This document shows positions 39,263-50,900 of a stretch of DNA of 64,000 nt, piece after piece. How positions within the stretch are numbered: the first letter of the stretch is position 1; every line of letters starts with the position of its first letter. The notes below the pieces were generated by a model. That model was not told the DNA's origin. It saw only the letters and a list, made by a program, of their open reading frames with translations, and did not search any database. Made by a program: the position numbers and the translations under genes. Origin of the DNA: Eledone cirrhosa (lineage: Eukaryota); contig OZ024742.1 of NCBI GenBank assembly GCA_964016885.1, forward strand, positions 227,044,001 to 227,108,000, written 5' to 3'.

Positions 39263-41460
39263 TCATCATCATCATCATCATCATCACCGTTTTACGTCCG
39301 TTCTTCCACGCTAGCATGGGTTAGACGGGTTGTCCTGTTGTGTGCAGTGTCTGGTCGGCTGACCATGCCTTGCTCATACAGGAACTGATCTGGCTTGATT
39401 TCTACAGCTGGATGCCCTTCCTAACACCAACCTCATTTACAGTGAGTGCTGGGTGCTTTTTCGTGGCGCCTACACGTCCACTTTACAGTGTGGGCTGGGT
39501 GCTTTTTTGCCGTGGCACCTCCACGACCACCTTGCGGTGGGGGGTGTGGGGGCATATTGTTTATATGCTTCAGCATGTACCCATGGGAGGTCGGGTACTC
39601 TGTATTACTGCGTGACGCCAGAAGTCACGGTCGTGTGTCATTGTCTTTAAGAGGTGTAGTTGGGTAAGGTCGGCTTTTATCACCTCATCCCAGGTCATCT
39701 TGGGTCTCCCCACTCCGCGGTTTCCATCAACTTCTAGTGCTCTGCACCTTTTTATGCAGCTGTCATGCTTCATACGCATCACATGTCCATACCAGCGCAA
39801 CCGCCTCTCCTGCACACAGCATTTGATTCCTCTTATGCTCAGTCTCTCTCTCAATTCATTTATGCTTTGTCGTTCACGTATATTACTGTTACACATCCAT
39901 CGGAGCATGCAGGCTTCGTTTCTCTCTAATCTACGTAAGTCTTCCACCTTCAGCGCCCAGGTCTCACTACCATGCAACATCGCTGTTCGGATACACGCAT
40001 CATACAGTCTGCCTTTCATTCTGAGAGAGAAGCCTTTTGCAGCTAGCAGTGGTAGTAGTTCCCTAAACTTCTTCCATCCCGTTCTTACCCTAGTTATTGT
40101 ACTTTCTGAACACCCACCTCCGTTGCTAATTCGGTCACCTAGGTAGCAGAAGCTGTCTACTGTTTCTACAGGGCCCTCCCAGAGATTGGTGGTACTTGTT
40201 TCCTGTGGCTGTTTGCTGCTTGCTGTTTCAGCACAGCTGCTGCATGTGAATCCTACATTCTTAATTAAGCTTCCTGAGATCCCGCTACATCTCTTGTGTA
40301 CCCATTGTTTGCATTTGGGGCAGAGAATGGAGTTCCTACCTACACCTTTCCTACATACTGAGCAAGGCCATTTCCCTGAGGGGATCTGGGTTCTGTTTTC
40401 TCGTCTACTTACAAGGACCTTAGTCTTTGTCATGTTGACTTTGAGACCCTTTCTTTCTAGTCCCTGCTTCCAGGTTTGGAATTTATTCTCTAGTTCTACC
40501 ATAGATTCAGCTATGAGTGCGAGGTCATCAGCATACAGGAGTTCCCATGGGCATCCGGTCTTAAACTCCTCTGTTATTGCCTGCAGGACTATGATGAACA
40601 GGAGAGGGCTAAGAACAGAGCCCTGGTGGACCCCAACCTGTACGCTAAATTCCTCGCTATACTCATTGCTAATCCTAACTTTGCTGACTGCTCCCCTATA
40701 CATGGCTTGTACAGCTTTCACAAGCCATTCATCTACTCCTAGTTTTCTAAGAGCCCACCAGATTACCGCACGTGGAACTCTGTCAAAGGCTTTCTCAAGG
40801 TCGACAAATGCCAAGTAGAGTGGCTTACTTTTAGCTAGGTACTTTTCCTGTAATTGCCTCACAAGGAAGAGGGCATCAGTGGTGCCTCTTCCTGGTACAA
40901 ACCCAAATTGCATCTCGTCTATTTTCACCCAGTCCCTAATCAGCTGTGCTATAACTCTTTCTGTTACTTTCATGACCTGGTCCATCAACTTTATACCTCT
41001 ATAGTTTCCTCTATCTAGTGCATCGCCTTTACCTTTGTAGCAGTTGACAATGATGCTACTGCACCAATCTTTTGGTATGGCCCCTTCTAGTATTACCTGG
41101 TTAACGATACGTGTGGTTATAGTGTGACCTACAGACCCAGATGCCTTCAGCATCTCGGCAGCTATCCCCGATGGACCGGTTGCCTTCCCCATCTTCATAT
41201 CTCTGATTGCCTTACTTACTACGCTGCCGCTGACTTGTACTGCTGGTCCCTCTATAGGGTCTACTTGGGGTAGGGTCTCTTCTTCCCATGCATTCTCCTC
41301 ATTTAGTAATCTATCATAATGACTCTTCCATGCATCTTTCTTCTCAGCACTTGTGAGGGCAAGCTCACCTTTATCATTCCGGATACACTTCTCTCCAATG
41401 ACATCACAACTATCTCTGACACACTGCCTCGCAATCTTGAATACCTCCTGTTTCTGGTGT
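39263..41460 (-). mobile_element. Young RTE LINE copy with full 3'UTR and (GAT)n tail
   Basis: ORF as above, then a 3'UTR with 48-bp subrepeats and a (CAT)n tract on the + strand at about 39263-39286. Confidence 0.9.
39570..41459 (-). CDS. RTE-clade LINE reverse transcriptase ORF, 5'-truncated (no APE domain), uninterrupted for about 630 codons
   Basis: RT motifs NYRGIKLM, QFGFVPGRGTTDA, AFVDLEKAFDRV, GVHQGSVLSPLLF, LLYADDL (40524-40535) and YLG. RTE C-terminus RRLRWYGHVMRM...GRPK.TW. The annotated ORF start lies in a microsatellite. Confidence 0.93.
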   Translation of the reverse strand, partial: HQKQEVFKIARQCVRDSCDVIGEKCIRNDKGELALTSAEKKDAWKSHYDRLLNEENAWEEETLPQVDPIEGPAVQVSGSVVSKAIRDMKMGKATGPSGIAAEMLKASGSVGHTITTRIVNQVILEGAIPKDWCSSIIVNCYKGKGDALDRGNYRGIKLMDQVMKVTERVIAQLIRDWVKIDEMQFGFVPGRGTTDALFLVRQLQEKYLAKSKPLYLAFVDLEKAFDRVPRAVIWWALRKLGVDEWLVKAVQAMYRGAVSKVRISNEYSEEFSVQVGVHQGSVLSPLLFIIVLQAITEEFKTGCPWELLYADDLALIAESMVELENKFQTWKQGLERKGLKVNMTKTKVLVSRRENRTQIPSGKWPCSVCRKGVGRNSILCPKCKQWVHKRCSGISGSLIKNVGFTCSSCAETASSKQPQETSTTNLWEGPVETVDSFCYLGDRISNGGGCSESTITRVRTGWKKFRELLPLLAAKGFSLRMKGRLYDACIRTAMLHGSETWALKVEDLRRLERNEACMLRWMCNSNIRERQSINELRERLSIRGIKCCVQERRLRWYGHVMRMKHDSCIKRCRALEVDGNRGVGRPKMTWDEVIKADLTQLHLLKTMTHDRDFWRHAVIQSTRPPMGTC

Positions 41461-41920
41461 GTATATATATACATACACACACCATGTATATTATGTTGTT
41501 TACCATTGGGTGGAATTGGTGATTCTGGTTAGTAAATGATGATGCAATAAATGAAAGCACTCAGCGATATGCAGATCATCCATAGAAGATGTATCTAGTG
41601 GTTGGTGCAGGAACGGAGTGAAATATTCATTAAAAACAACAACAAAAGGCTGGACTGGAAGCTTTATAATTTTAATTCAGCGAAAACACTATACATATTT
41701 TAATGGCTCATCCGAATATGATGCAAGACCTAGGGGATTTCTTTGGGTGTTGTATGTATATGAAATATTTGTGGTTAACCCTTTAACATTTACATTACTC
41801 TATATATACTATTATGTTTTTGTGGTAAAGGCTTTACCTCACATAATATCGAATCTACGAGATGTTGATATTATTTTAAGAACAATACCTTAACATAAGT
41901 ATGAGCAGCCAGTTTGAACA

Positions 41921-42345
41921 GATTCAGCTATGCGAGTTAGATCATCAACATCCTGTTTTAAACTCTTCTGTTATAGCCAGGAAGATTAAAATGAACAGGA
42001 GATGGCTAAGGATGGAGCCTTGGTGGACCCCAACTTGCACACTAAACTTCTCACTATAGTCATTATTAACTTTAACCTTGCTGACTACACCTCTGTACAT
42101 GGTTTGTATTCCCTCACTAGCCACTCTTCTACTCCAAGTTTCCTGAGAGCCCACCAGATTACAGAAGGGGGGACCCTGTGAAAAGCTTTCTCAAGATTGA
42201 TAAATGCTAAGTAGAGAGACTTGTTTTTAGCTAGATACTCCTCCTGCAGTTGCCTTACAAGGAAGAGGGCATCTGTGGTACTTCTTGGCACAAATCCAAA
42301 CTGCATCTCATAATTCAATCCCTAATCAATTGTACAATGACTCTG
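41921..42345 (-). mobile_element. Degraded RTE RT-domain fragment
   Basis: MQFGFVPRSTTDALFLVRQLQE and VGVHQGSILS, separated by a frameshift. Confidence 0.85.
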
Positions 42346-42806
42346 AAATATATAAATATATATATATCATCTTATAAATGAGATTGAGATGTTCAAATTA
42401 TTAATCAAATTATCTTGATAAGAAAATATTCCATTAATGTGTTCTGTGACTTACTGAATGGCAATTAACCAAGTTGATAGAAGGTCCAACTTAACGAAGG
42501 AGCTGTAATGAAGGGGCTGTAATGTAAGAGAAGTAACAACAGGGTTCTAATGAACTAATTAACTGAAAGCTGATTAAGTTGATGAATATTTTAGTAGATT
42601 TTGTTTGGTTTGAGAATAATTAATTTACATAATTTAATTTATTTGGATTAGTTTTCCTAACGAGTTGTGACATTTATCAAGACAAGTTGGACACATGTCT
42701 ACTATTTCAAAAATATATATATGCACACATGTATGATATATGTATATATATTTATACACACATGATATATGTACATATACACATACAAACACATATGATA
42801 TACACA

Positions 42807-42863
<57 letters not shown>

Positions 42864-43189
42864 TTCATATATATTAGAGTGAACTGGGCATGTTTCGTGT
42901 TGCCAAAACTAGAGAGGTTGTCAAGGACTCTTCAGTTATCTATCTATCTAAGGCGGGTAAAATTCCCGAGATCCATGGACGAGTTCTCTCCAGCGGTCTC
43001 TGTCCCTCATTATCGCTGCCATGTCCTGCGTCTCCAACAGACCAGTGTCTGTCCTTAGGGCATCAACATACGTTAACCTTGGTCTTCCTCTTCTAGTGTG
43101 TCCATGTAGGGCATAACCTCCCAATTTTAAATTGTCTTTATTTTATTTAAAATTAAAAAGAAATACTTTCAAGCAAATTACTAAAATAA

Positions 43190-43209
43190 TTTTTTTCTTC
43201 TATTTTCAG
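43190..43209 (+). promoter_or_regulatory. Splice acceptor (polypyrimidine tract + CAG) of the RSPRY1 ATG-containing exon, implying an upstream non-coding exon
   Basis: ttttttcttctattttcag|c. Alternative AGs at 43287 and 43327 cannot be excluded. Confidence 0.6.
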
Positions 43210-43422
43210 CCTTTATCAGAGAAACTTTGCTCTGGTATTTCAAAAGCCAACTACAGTTGTATCTCCATATTATAGTCGGGTTTTCAGCACAAGAAAATCC
43301 CTCAATGACGCTTCTAGCTATTACCAGTGCTTCTGCCTTGTTCCATTGTGTTAAAGGTTCTGCGAGACACGTGTGTACTGAAGGAGGGTTTCATAGTACC
43401 TCCTGTGTTCAGCAGCTGCAAG

Positions 43423-43811
43423 ATGGGCACTTGTTTATGCAAGGATAGGTCACAACAGTCCCAGCACTCAGTAACAACAACAGGAAGTACAACAGCTACA
43501 ACATCTACTACGACGACAGTAACAACAGCGACAACAACAGCATCGGTATTAACAACATCAGGAGCTGGGTTTGAAAGTTACAATCTCGGGACAAACTCCA
43601 TTTCTTCGTCGCCAGCTTTAGTAAGAAATCGGAATGAGTTGGCATCTTCGGTGCGGCGTAGGTATGAGGATGTCAGTGAGTTGATGGTCAGTGAAATGCT
43701 ACATCATGGAGGACGCTACATGGAGAATCAGGGCTTACTATTGTATTCTGTGGGTGATATTGATTCTTTAGTACTGGAGGCTCTTACACTACTCAGAACA
43801 CTAGTAGATAA
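43423..43811 (+). CDS. RSPRY1: First coding exon of a RING finger and SPRY domain-containing protein 1 orthologue; downstream exons not seen in this window
   Basis: Translation MGTCLCKD...(Thr-rich)...IDSLVLEALTLLRTLVD(N) matches my recollection of vertebrate RSPRY1 MGNSCICRD...VDGLVLDTLAVIRTLVDN. ATG has strong Kozak context (AAGATGG) and an in-frame TAG upstream at 43315. Acceptor with polypyrimidine tract ttttttcttctattttcAG ends at 43209. Donor AA|GTAAGT at 43812 (phase 2). Confidence 0.85.
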
Positions 43812-46073
43812 GTAAGTAGCACTTTATTGTTCTGAATATTTTCATTTATCATATTTTATTTCATTATTAATTCTTAACATTCTGTAATGAAAATATCTAA
43901 AATCAGGTTTCATCATCATCATCATCATTTTACGTCCACTTTTCCCTGCTTGCAAGGATTGGACGGGAACTGATGCTGGCTTAATTTCTACAGCTGGATG
44001 CCCTTCCTAACACCAACCTCATTTACAGTGAGTGCTGTGTGCTTTTTTTCTGTGGCGCCTACATGTCCACTTTACAGTGTTGGCTGGGTGCTTTTTTGCT
44101 GTGGCACCTCCACGACGACTTTGCAGTGGAATGATAGGGACCCCTGTCCTATCATCTCATTTCTACAGCTGAGTAAACTGGAGCAATGTGAAATAAAGTG
44201 TCTTGCTCAAGGAAACAACACATCACCCGGTCTAAATATTGAACTCACAACCTTTCGATTGCAAGGCCAATGCTCTAACCACTAAGCCATGTGCCTCCAT
44301 GTTAATTGAAATCATTATCATCACCACCATTGGTTAATGTCTATTTTCCATACTTGCATGGGTTAGATGTGTTGACATGTTATGAGAACAAAGAGATCAG
44401 GTGATCACATCTTGCTCATATGTTCAGTTTGGTTTGAGGGCTGGATTCCCTTCCTAATGCCAACCATCTAACAGTGTATACAGGGAGCTTCTTTTGTGGC
44501 ACTAGTACTTTAACCCTTTAGCATTTAAACCGACCATATCCGGCCAGAATTTTCTCACCTCTTTCTGTTCAAACTGGCTGTAACCGGCTGCTCATACTGA
44601 TGTTAAGGTATTGTTCTCAAAATAAATAATATCAAAATCTCATAGATTTGATATTATGTGAGATAATCATGTGAGGTAAAACCTTTACCGTGAAAATATA
44701 ATAGTAAATATAGAGTAATGTAAATGCTAAAAGGTTAATGTAATGCAATCTTAGTATTGGTTTTGTACTTCTCAAGAATCCCTTGCTAGTATTATTTCAT
44801 GCGGCTTGTTAATTTAAATGTTTATAATATCTTTACTACTGGACAAATTGTGAAATTTTATAATATTAGATTAAAACCTATATTTAATGTGATACTGTCC
44901 TGTTGCTGTTTTGTACTTTTCAAGAATGTCTTGTTAATTTGGTTTCATGTGATACAGGTCATTAAGAGGTAACTAAATAACTAATGACCAGGAATGTGGC
45001 TTAGAGGTTAGGGTACTGGTCCTACAATCATAAGGTGGTTCATTGTTTTCTTGAGAAATTTCATTTCATATTATCTCCTATCATTAAAACACCATAAAAA
45101 CCTCCTTCAAGATGCAGTCTTGTTGGAGGCCAGCTAAACCTATATAGGTGTGAGCTGTAACAACAATATGATAGAACTGGTGCAGCTATCAATAAAGCAC
45201 CTAAGAAATCTCCTATGATATATAACCTTGTAGGTGGCCAGCTAAACTTGCATAGTTGTGAACTGTAAATTTAATCTTTGTAGTTAAGCTGTCATAACTA
45301 ATTTTATTTATAGTGGTAGGTATAATAAATCACTATAAAATACAGGACACAACAATCACTTTAGTGTTAATGTCAAACTAGAATGCACCAAGTGTACTTT
45401 GCAAATGGTGGCACTGGTGCCACAATAAAATGCACCCAGTACACTCTGTAAAGTGTTAGTGCTGATGTCATGATAAAATGTATCCAGTACATGCTATAAA
45501 GTGGTATTACTGGTGTCGGGATAAAAATCACCCAGTATACTTTGTAAAGTGCTAGTGCCAGTGCAACAATATAATATATCCAGCACACGCTGTAAAATAG
45601 TAGGCCTTAGGAAAGGCAGCCATAGAAACCATGCCATAATAGAACATGGACATGGTTATCTGACCGATTTGACCTCAGAATATGGCAACCCATCCAACTC
45701 ATGCAAGCACAGAAAATAGATGTAAGACAGTGATGATGATGATAATGATGATGGTGTTGGTGTTTCAGTGTAATGGCCCCAAAATGTCTAAATGGCTATA
45801 AAACTTAAGTTTTCACATTGAATTACGTCTGGTGGAGTTTCACACATGTTTATTACCTGTTTGCTATGGTGACGCTGAATATATTATTTAAATTATTCAT
45901 TCATTAAGTAATAATTGTTTCTACTTTTGGCACAAGGCCAGCAATTACCCAGTGTATTACTGGTACTTTATTTTATCGACCCCATAAGGATGAAAGGCAA
46001 AGTTAACCTCGGCGGGATTAACTTTGCCTTTCATCCTTACGGGGTCGACTTGCTTACATAATTATATATGTGA

Positions 46074-46480
46074 AGACATGTGACCTAGTGGTTAGTGTTG
46101 GGCTCATGATAAAGTTGCAGCTTCAATTCCTTGACTGGGAGTTACATTGTGTTTTTGATCGAGATACCTCATTTCACATTGCTTTTCATAATAGAATTGG
46201 GGCTCTTATCATTAAAACACCCACGAAACCTCTGAGATACAAACTTGTTTGGGTGGGGGTAGCTGAATTTACATAGGTGTGAGTTGTATCAACAACATAA
46301 TAGGACTGAGGCCCTATCATTACAATACCTGAGAAACCTCCTATGAGGCCAGCTAAACCTACATAAGTGTGAACTATAAGAACATGATAGGACTGGGGCC
46401 CCTTTTTATTAAAGCACCCAAGTAACCTGCTATAAGATGCAACCTCATAGGTCATCTAAACCTACATAGATGTGGGCTGT
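46074..46480 (+). mobile_element. SINE family C: tRNA-like head followed by tandem modules of about 95 bp; copies at 2095-2602, 44995-45270, 29700-29945 (-) and a lone module at 5315-5400
   Basis: Repeated module ATAGGACTGGGGCCCT.ATCATTAAAACACC...CCAGCTAAACCTACATAGGTGTGAGCTGTA after a degenerate A/B-box head. Confidence 0.65.
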
Positions 46481-47729
46481 TCATTTCATTTCATTTCTTC
46501 ATAATTATATATGTATTTATTCTGCAAGTAACTAAATCATATCTGCCAGAAAGGCTTATGTTTAAGAAGCTCATTAAATCTAGGTTTGTTTTCTCATTTG
46601 ATTTGCAAATATAAAAATATAAATTAAAGTTACATAAGCAATTGCATTTAAATATTGTCAGCTGGTCTAGTTGGTTGAGATAAGATGGAGTTGAAAGGAT
46701 TCTTTTTTCACACTAAGGACTTGACATCCTCTTTAGTGCTGGTACCATAATAAAATGCACCCAGTACACTCTGTAAAGTGGTTTGAGATCGAGGGTTGAC
46801 AACATAAGATAAAAAGAACTCTTTAGTTTTACAACAGGCATGATAAACTTCCTAGTGCTAGTGCCATGATGAAATAAATCTAGTACACTCTTTAACACTT
46901 TTAATAACAAACTGTCTGAAACTGCCCCTGGTTCTATAATACAAAATTGTTTACTTTAAAGAGAAATGATGGTGTTCATTATGCAGAGAAGAAATAAGTG
47001 GAAACTCCATAGTGTGTACCCAGTGTAAATTATGGACATAAGAGGTGCAGTGGGAAAATGCGTGGACACGGACAACACTACCTTTAAAGCTTACTAAGCA
47101 GCCATCTTGAATGTAGACATCAGAAGGGTGCTGTATTGAACCTTAAAGGATCACAGTTTTATACAAATTTGTATGATTTAATTAAACATAATAATTCCCT
47201 GTGATCAATAAATATATTGCTCATCATTTTTGCTGCATGGCAGTGTTGTGGAAATGTCCAAAGTGGTGGAGAGGGTCATATGTTGCTACAGCCTGTCACT
47301 TGATTTGGTATGGGTGAGCTTGGACTGTGTAGTGGAATGCCAATGTGGTCACACCAGGAAGTGTAAAAAAAACTACGTTTGTCAGTTAACAAAGCTGTAA
47401 GTTAAAATTATTTTATTTGGAAGAATCAGGCATATAACTGTGAGAAGTGGGTGCTTATTATAGATTGAGCCTAGGGCACCAAGTGTCCAGGCACACAATG
47501 TAAACCTAGCTTAGGACACTGAATACCCAGGCACACGATGTGAACTACCTAGAGAACTAAATACAAAGGCATCAGCTCTGTCTGGACAGCTCCCTAGAAG
47601 TAGTTGGCAACTTCCATTACTAATTAGTTTACCTTGGTAACAGAAGTGTGTATTCAAAAATATAGTAGCCAGAATGAGAAAAAAGCTGGAAAAGGTTCAG
47701 AGAGCATTTACCTCTGCTAGTAACAAAGG

Positions 47730-47910
47730 ATTTCTCTCTCAGAGTGAAGGGTCGACTGTATGATACTCGTGTATGAACTGTAGTGTTGCATAGTAGTTAA
47801 GCCTGATATAGGCCTTGAATGAAGAGGATGTGCAAAGTCTTAAAAGAAACGAAATGATCATGCTGGAGCACAAATGAGCTAAGAGAAAAACTGAATATAA
47901 GAGGGTTCCG
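47730..47910 (+). mobile_element. Degraded RTE C-terminal fragment immediately upstream of the satellite
   Basis: GFSLRVKGRLYD..V-like sequence with stops. Confidence 0.65.
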
Positions 47911-47939
47911 ATCTAGTCTGCAAGAGAAAAGATTGCACT

Positions 47940-50900
47940 GTCCATCCAACCACTGGCCACCCAATCACCGTCCACCCAACCACCAACCACCCAACTACTG
48001 TCCATCCAACCACAATTCACCCACCCACCGGCCACCCAGTCCATCCAGCTACTGTCAATCAACCACTGTCTACCTACCACTGCCACCCAATCACTGTCTA
48101 TCAACCACTGTCTACCTACCACTGCCACCCAACCACAGTCTACCTACCACTGCCACCCAGCCACAGTCTACCTACCACTGCCACCCAACCTCAGTCTACC
48201 TACCACTGCCACCCAGCCACAGTCTACCTACCACTGCCACCCATCCACAGTCTACCTACCACTTCCACCCAACCACTGTCTACCTACCACTGCCTCCCAA
48301 CCACAGTCTACCTACGACTGCCACCCAACCTCAGTCTACCTACCACTGCCACCCAGCCACAGTCTACCTACCACTGCCACCCATCCACAGTCTACCTACC
48401 ACTTCCACCCAACCACTGTCTACCTACCACTGCCTCCCAACCACAGTCTACCTACCACTGCCACCCAACCACAGTCTACCTACCACTGCCACCCAACCAC
48501 AGTCTACCTACCACTGCCACCCAACCACTGTCTATCAGTCACAGTCTACCTACCACTGCCACCCAAACACAGTCTACCTACCACTGCCACCCAACCACTG
48601 TCTACCTACCTCTGCCACCCAAACAGTCTACCTACCACTGCCACCCAACCGCAGTCTACCTACCACTGCCACCAACCGTAGTCTACCTACCACTGCCACC
48701 CAACTACAGTCTACCTACCACTGCCACCCAACTACAGTCTACCTACCACTGCCACCCAACCACAGTCTACCTACCACTGCCACCCAACCGCAGTCTACCT
48801 ACCACTGCCACCCAAACACAGTCTGTCTACCACTGCCACCCAACCACTGTCTATCAGTCACAGTCTACCTACCACTGCTACCCAAACACAGTCCACCTAC
48901 CACTACCACCCAACCACAGTCTACCTACTACTACCACCCAACCACTGTCTATCAGTCACAGTCTACCTACCACTGCCACCCAAACACAGTCTACCTGCCA
49001 CTGCCACCCAACCACAGTCTACCTACCACTGCCACCCAACCACAGTCTACCTACCACAGCCTCCCAGCCACAGTCTACCTACCACTGCCACCCAACCGCA
49101 CTCTACCTACCACTGCCACCCAAACACAGTCTACCTACCACTGCCACCCAACCACAGTCTACCTACCACTGCCACCCAGCCACAGTCTACCTACCACTGC
49201 CACCCAACCACAGTCTACCTACCACTTCCACCCAACCACAGTCTACCTACCACTGCCACCCAACTACAGTCTACCTACCACTGCCACCCAAAAGCAGTCT
49301 ACCTACCACTGCCATCCAACCACTGCCACCCAACCACAGTATACCTACCACTGCCACCCAACCACAGTCTACCTACCACTGCCACCCCAAAGCAGTCTAC
49401 CTACCACTGCCACCCAACCGCACTCTACCTACCACTGCCACCCAACCACAGTCTACCTACCACTGCCACCAACCGCAGTCTACCTACCACTGCCACCCAG
49501 CCACAGTCTACCTACCACTGCCACCCAACCACAGTCTACCTACCACTGCCACCCAACCACAGTCTACCTACCACTGCCACCCAACCACAGTCTACCTACC
49601 ACTGCCACCCCAAAGCAGTCTACCTACCACTGCCACCCAACCGCACTCTACCTACCACTGCCACCCCAAAGCAGTCTACCTACCACTGCCACCCAACCGC
49701 AGTCTACCTACCACTGCCACCCAACCACAGTCTACCTACCACTGCCTCCCAACCACAGTCTACCTACCACTGCCACCCAACCACAGTCTACCTACCACTG
49801 CCACCCAATCACAGTCTACCTACCACTGCCACCCAACCGCACTCTACCTACCACTGTCTACCCAACCACAGTCTACCTACCACTGCCACCCAACAGCAGT
49901 CTACCTACCACTGCCACCCAACCGCACTCTACCTACCACTGCCACCCAACCACAGTCTACCTACCACTGCCACCCAACCGCAGTCTACCTACCACTGCCA
50001 CCCAACCACAATCTACCTACCACTGCCATCCAACCGCACTCTACCTACCACTGCCACCCAACCGCAGTCTACCTACCACTGCCACCCAACTACAGTCTAC
50101 CTACCACTGCCACCCAACCGCACTCTACCTACCACTGCCACCCAACCGCAGTCTACCTACCACTGCCACCCAACCACAGTCTACCTACCACTGCCACCCA
50201 ACCACAGTCTACCTACCACTGCCACCCAACCACAGTCTACCTACCACTGCCACCCAACCGCCGTCTACCTACCACTGCCACCCAACCGCAGTCTACCTAC
50301 CACTGCCACCCAACCACAGTCTACCTACCACTGCCACCCAACCGCACCCTACCTACCACTGCCACCCAACCACAGTCTACCTACCACTGCCACCCAACCG
50401 CACCCTACCTACCACTGCCACCCAACCACAGTCTACCTACCACTGCCACCCAACCACAGGTTACCTACCACTGCCACCCAACTGCAGTCTACCTACCACT
50501 GCCACCCAACCGCACTCTACCTACCACTGCCACCCAACCGCAGTCTACCTACCACTGCCAGCCAACCACAGTCTACCTACCACTGCCACCCAACCGCACC
50601 CTACCTACCACTGCCACCCAACCACAGTATACCTACCACTGCCACCCAACCACAGTATACCTACCACTGCCACCCAGCCACAGTCTACCTACCACTGCCA
50701 CCCAACCACAGTATACCTACCACTGCCACCCAGCCACAGTCTACCTACCACTGCCACCCAAAAGCAGTCTACCTACCACTGCCACCCAACCGCAGTCAAC
50801 CTACCACTGCCATCCAACCGCACTCTACCTACCACTGCCACCCAACCGCAGTCTACCTACCACTGCCACCCAACCACAGTCTACCTACCACTGCCAACCA

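Noticed and set aside
39700-40818. + strand ORFs of 148 and 210 aa
   Set aside because: Antisense shadows of the RTE ORF.
43812-47930. Next RSPRY1 exon
   Set aside because: No DQEPP-like coding segment with splice sites was found by eye; the interval is mostly repeats.
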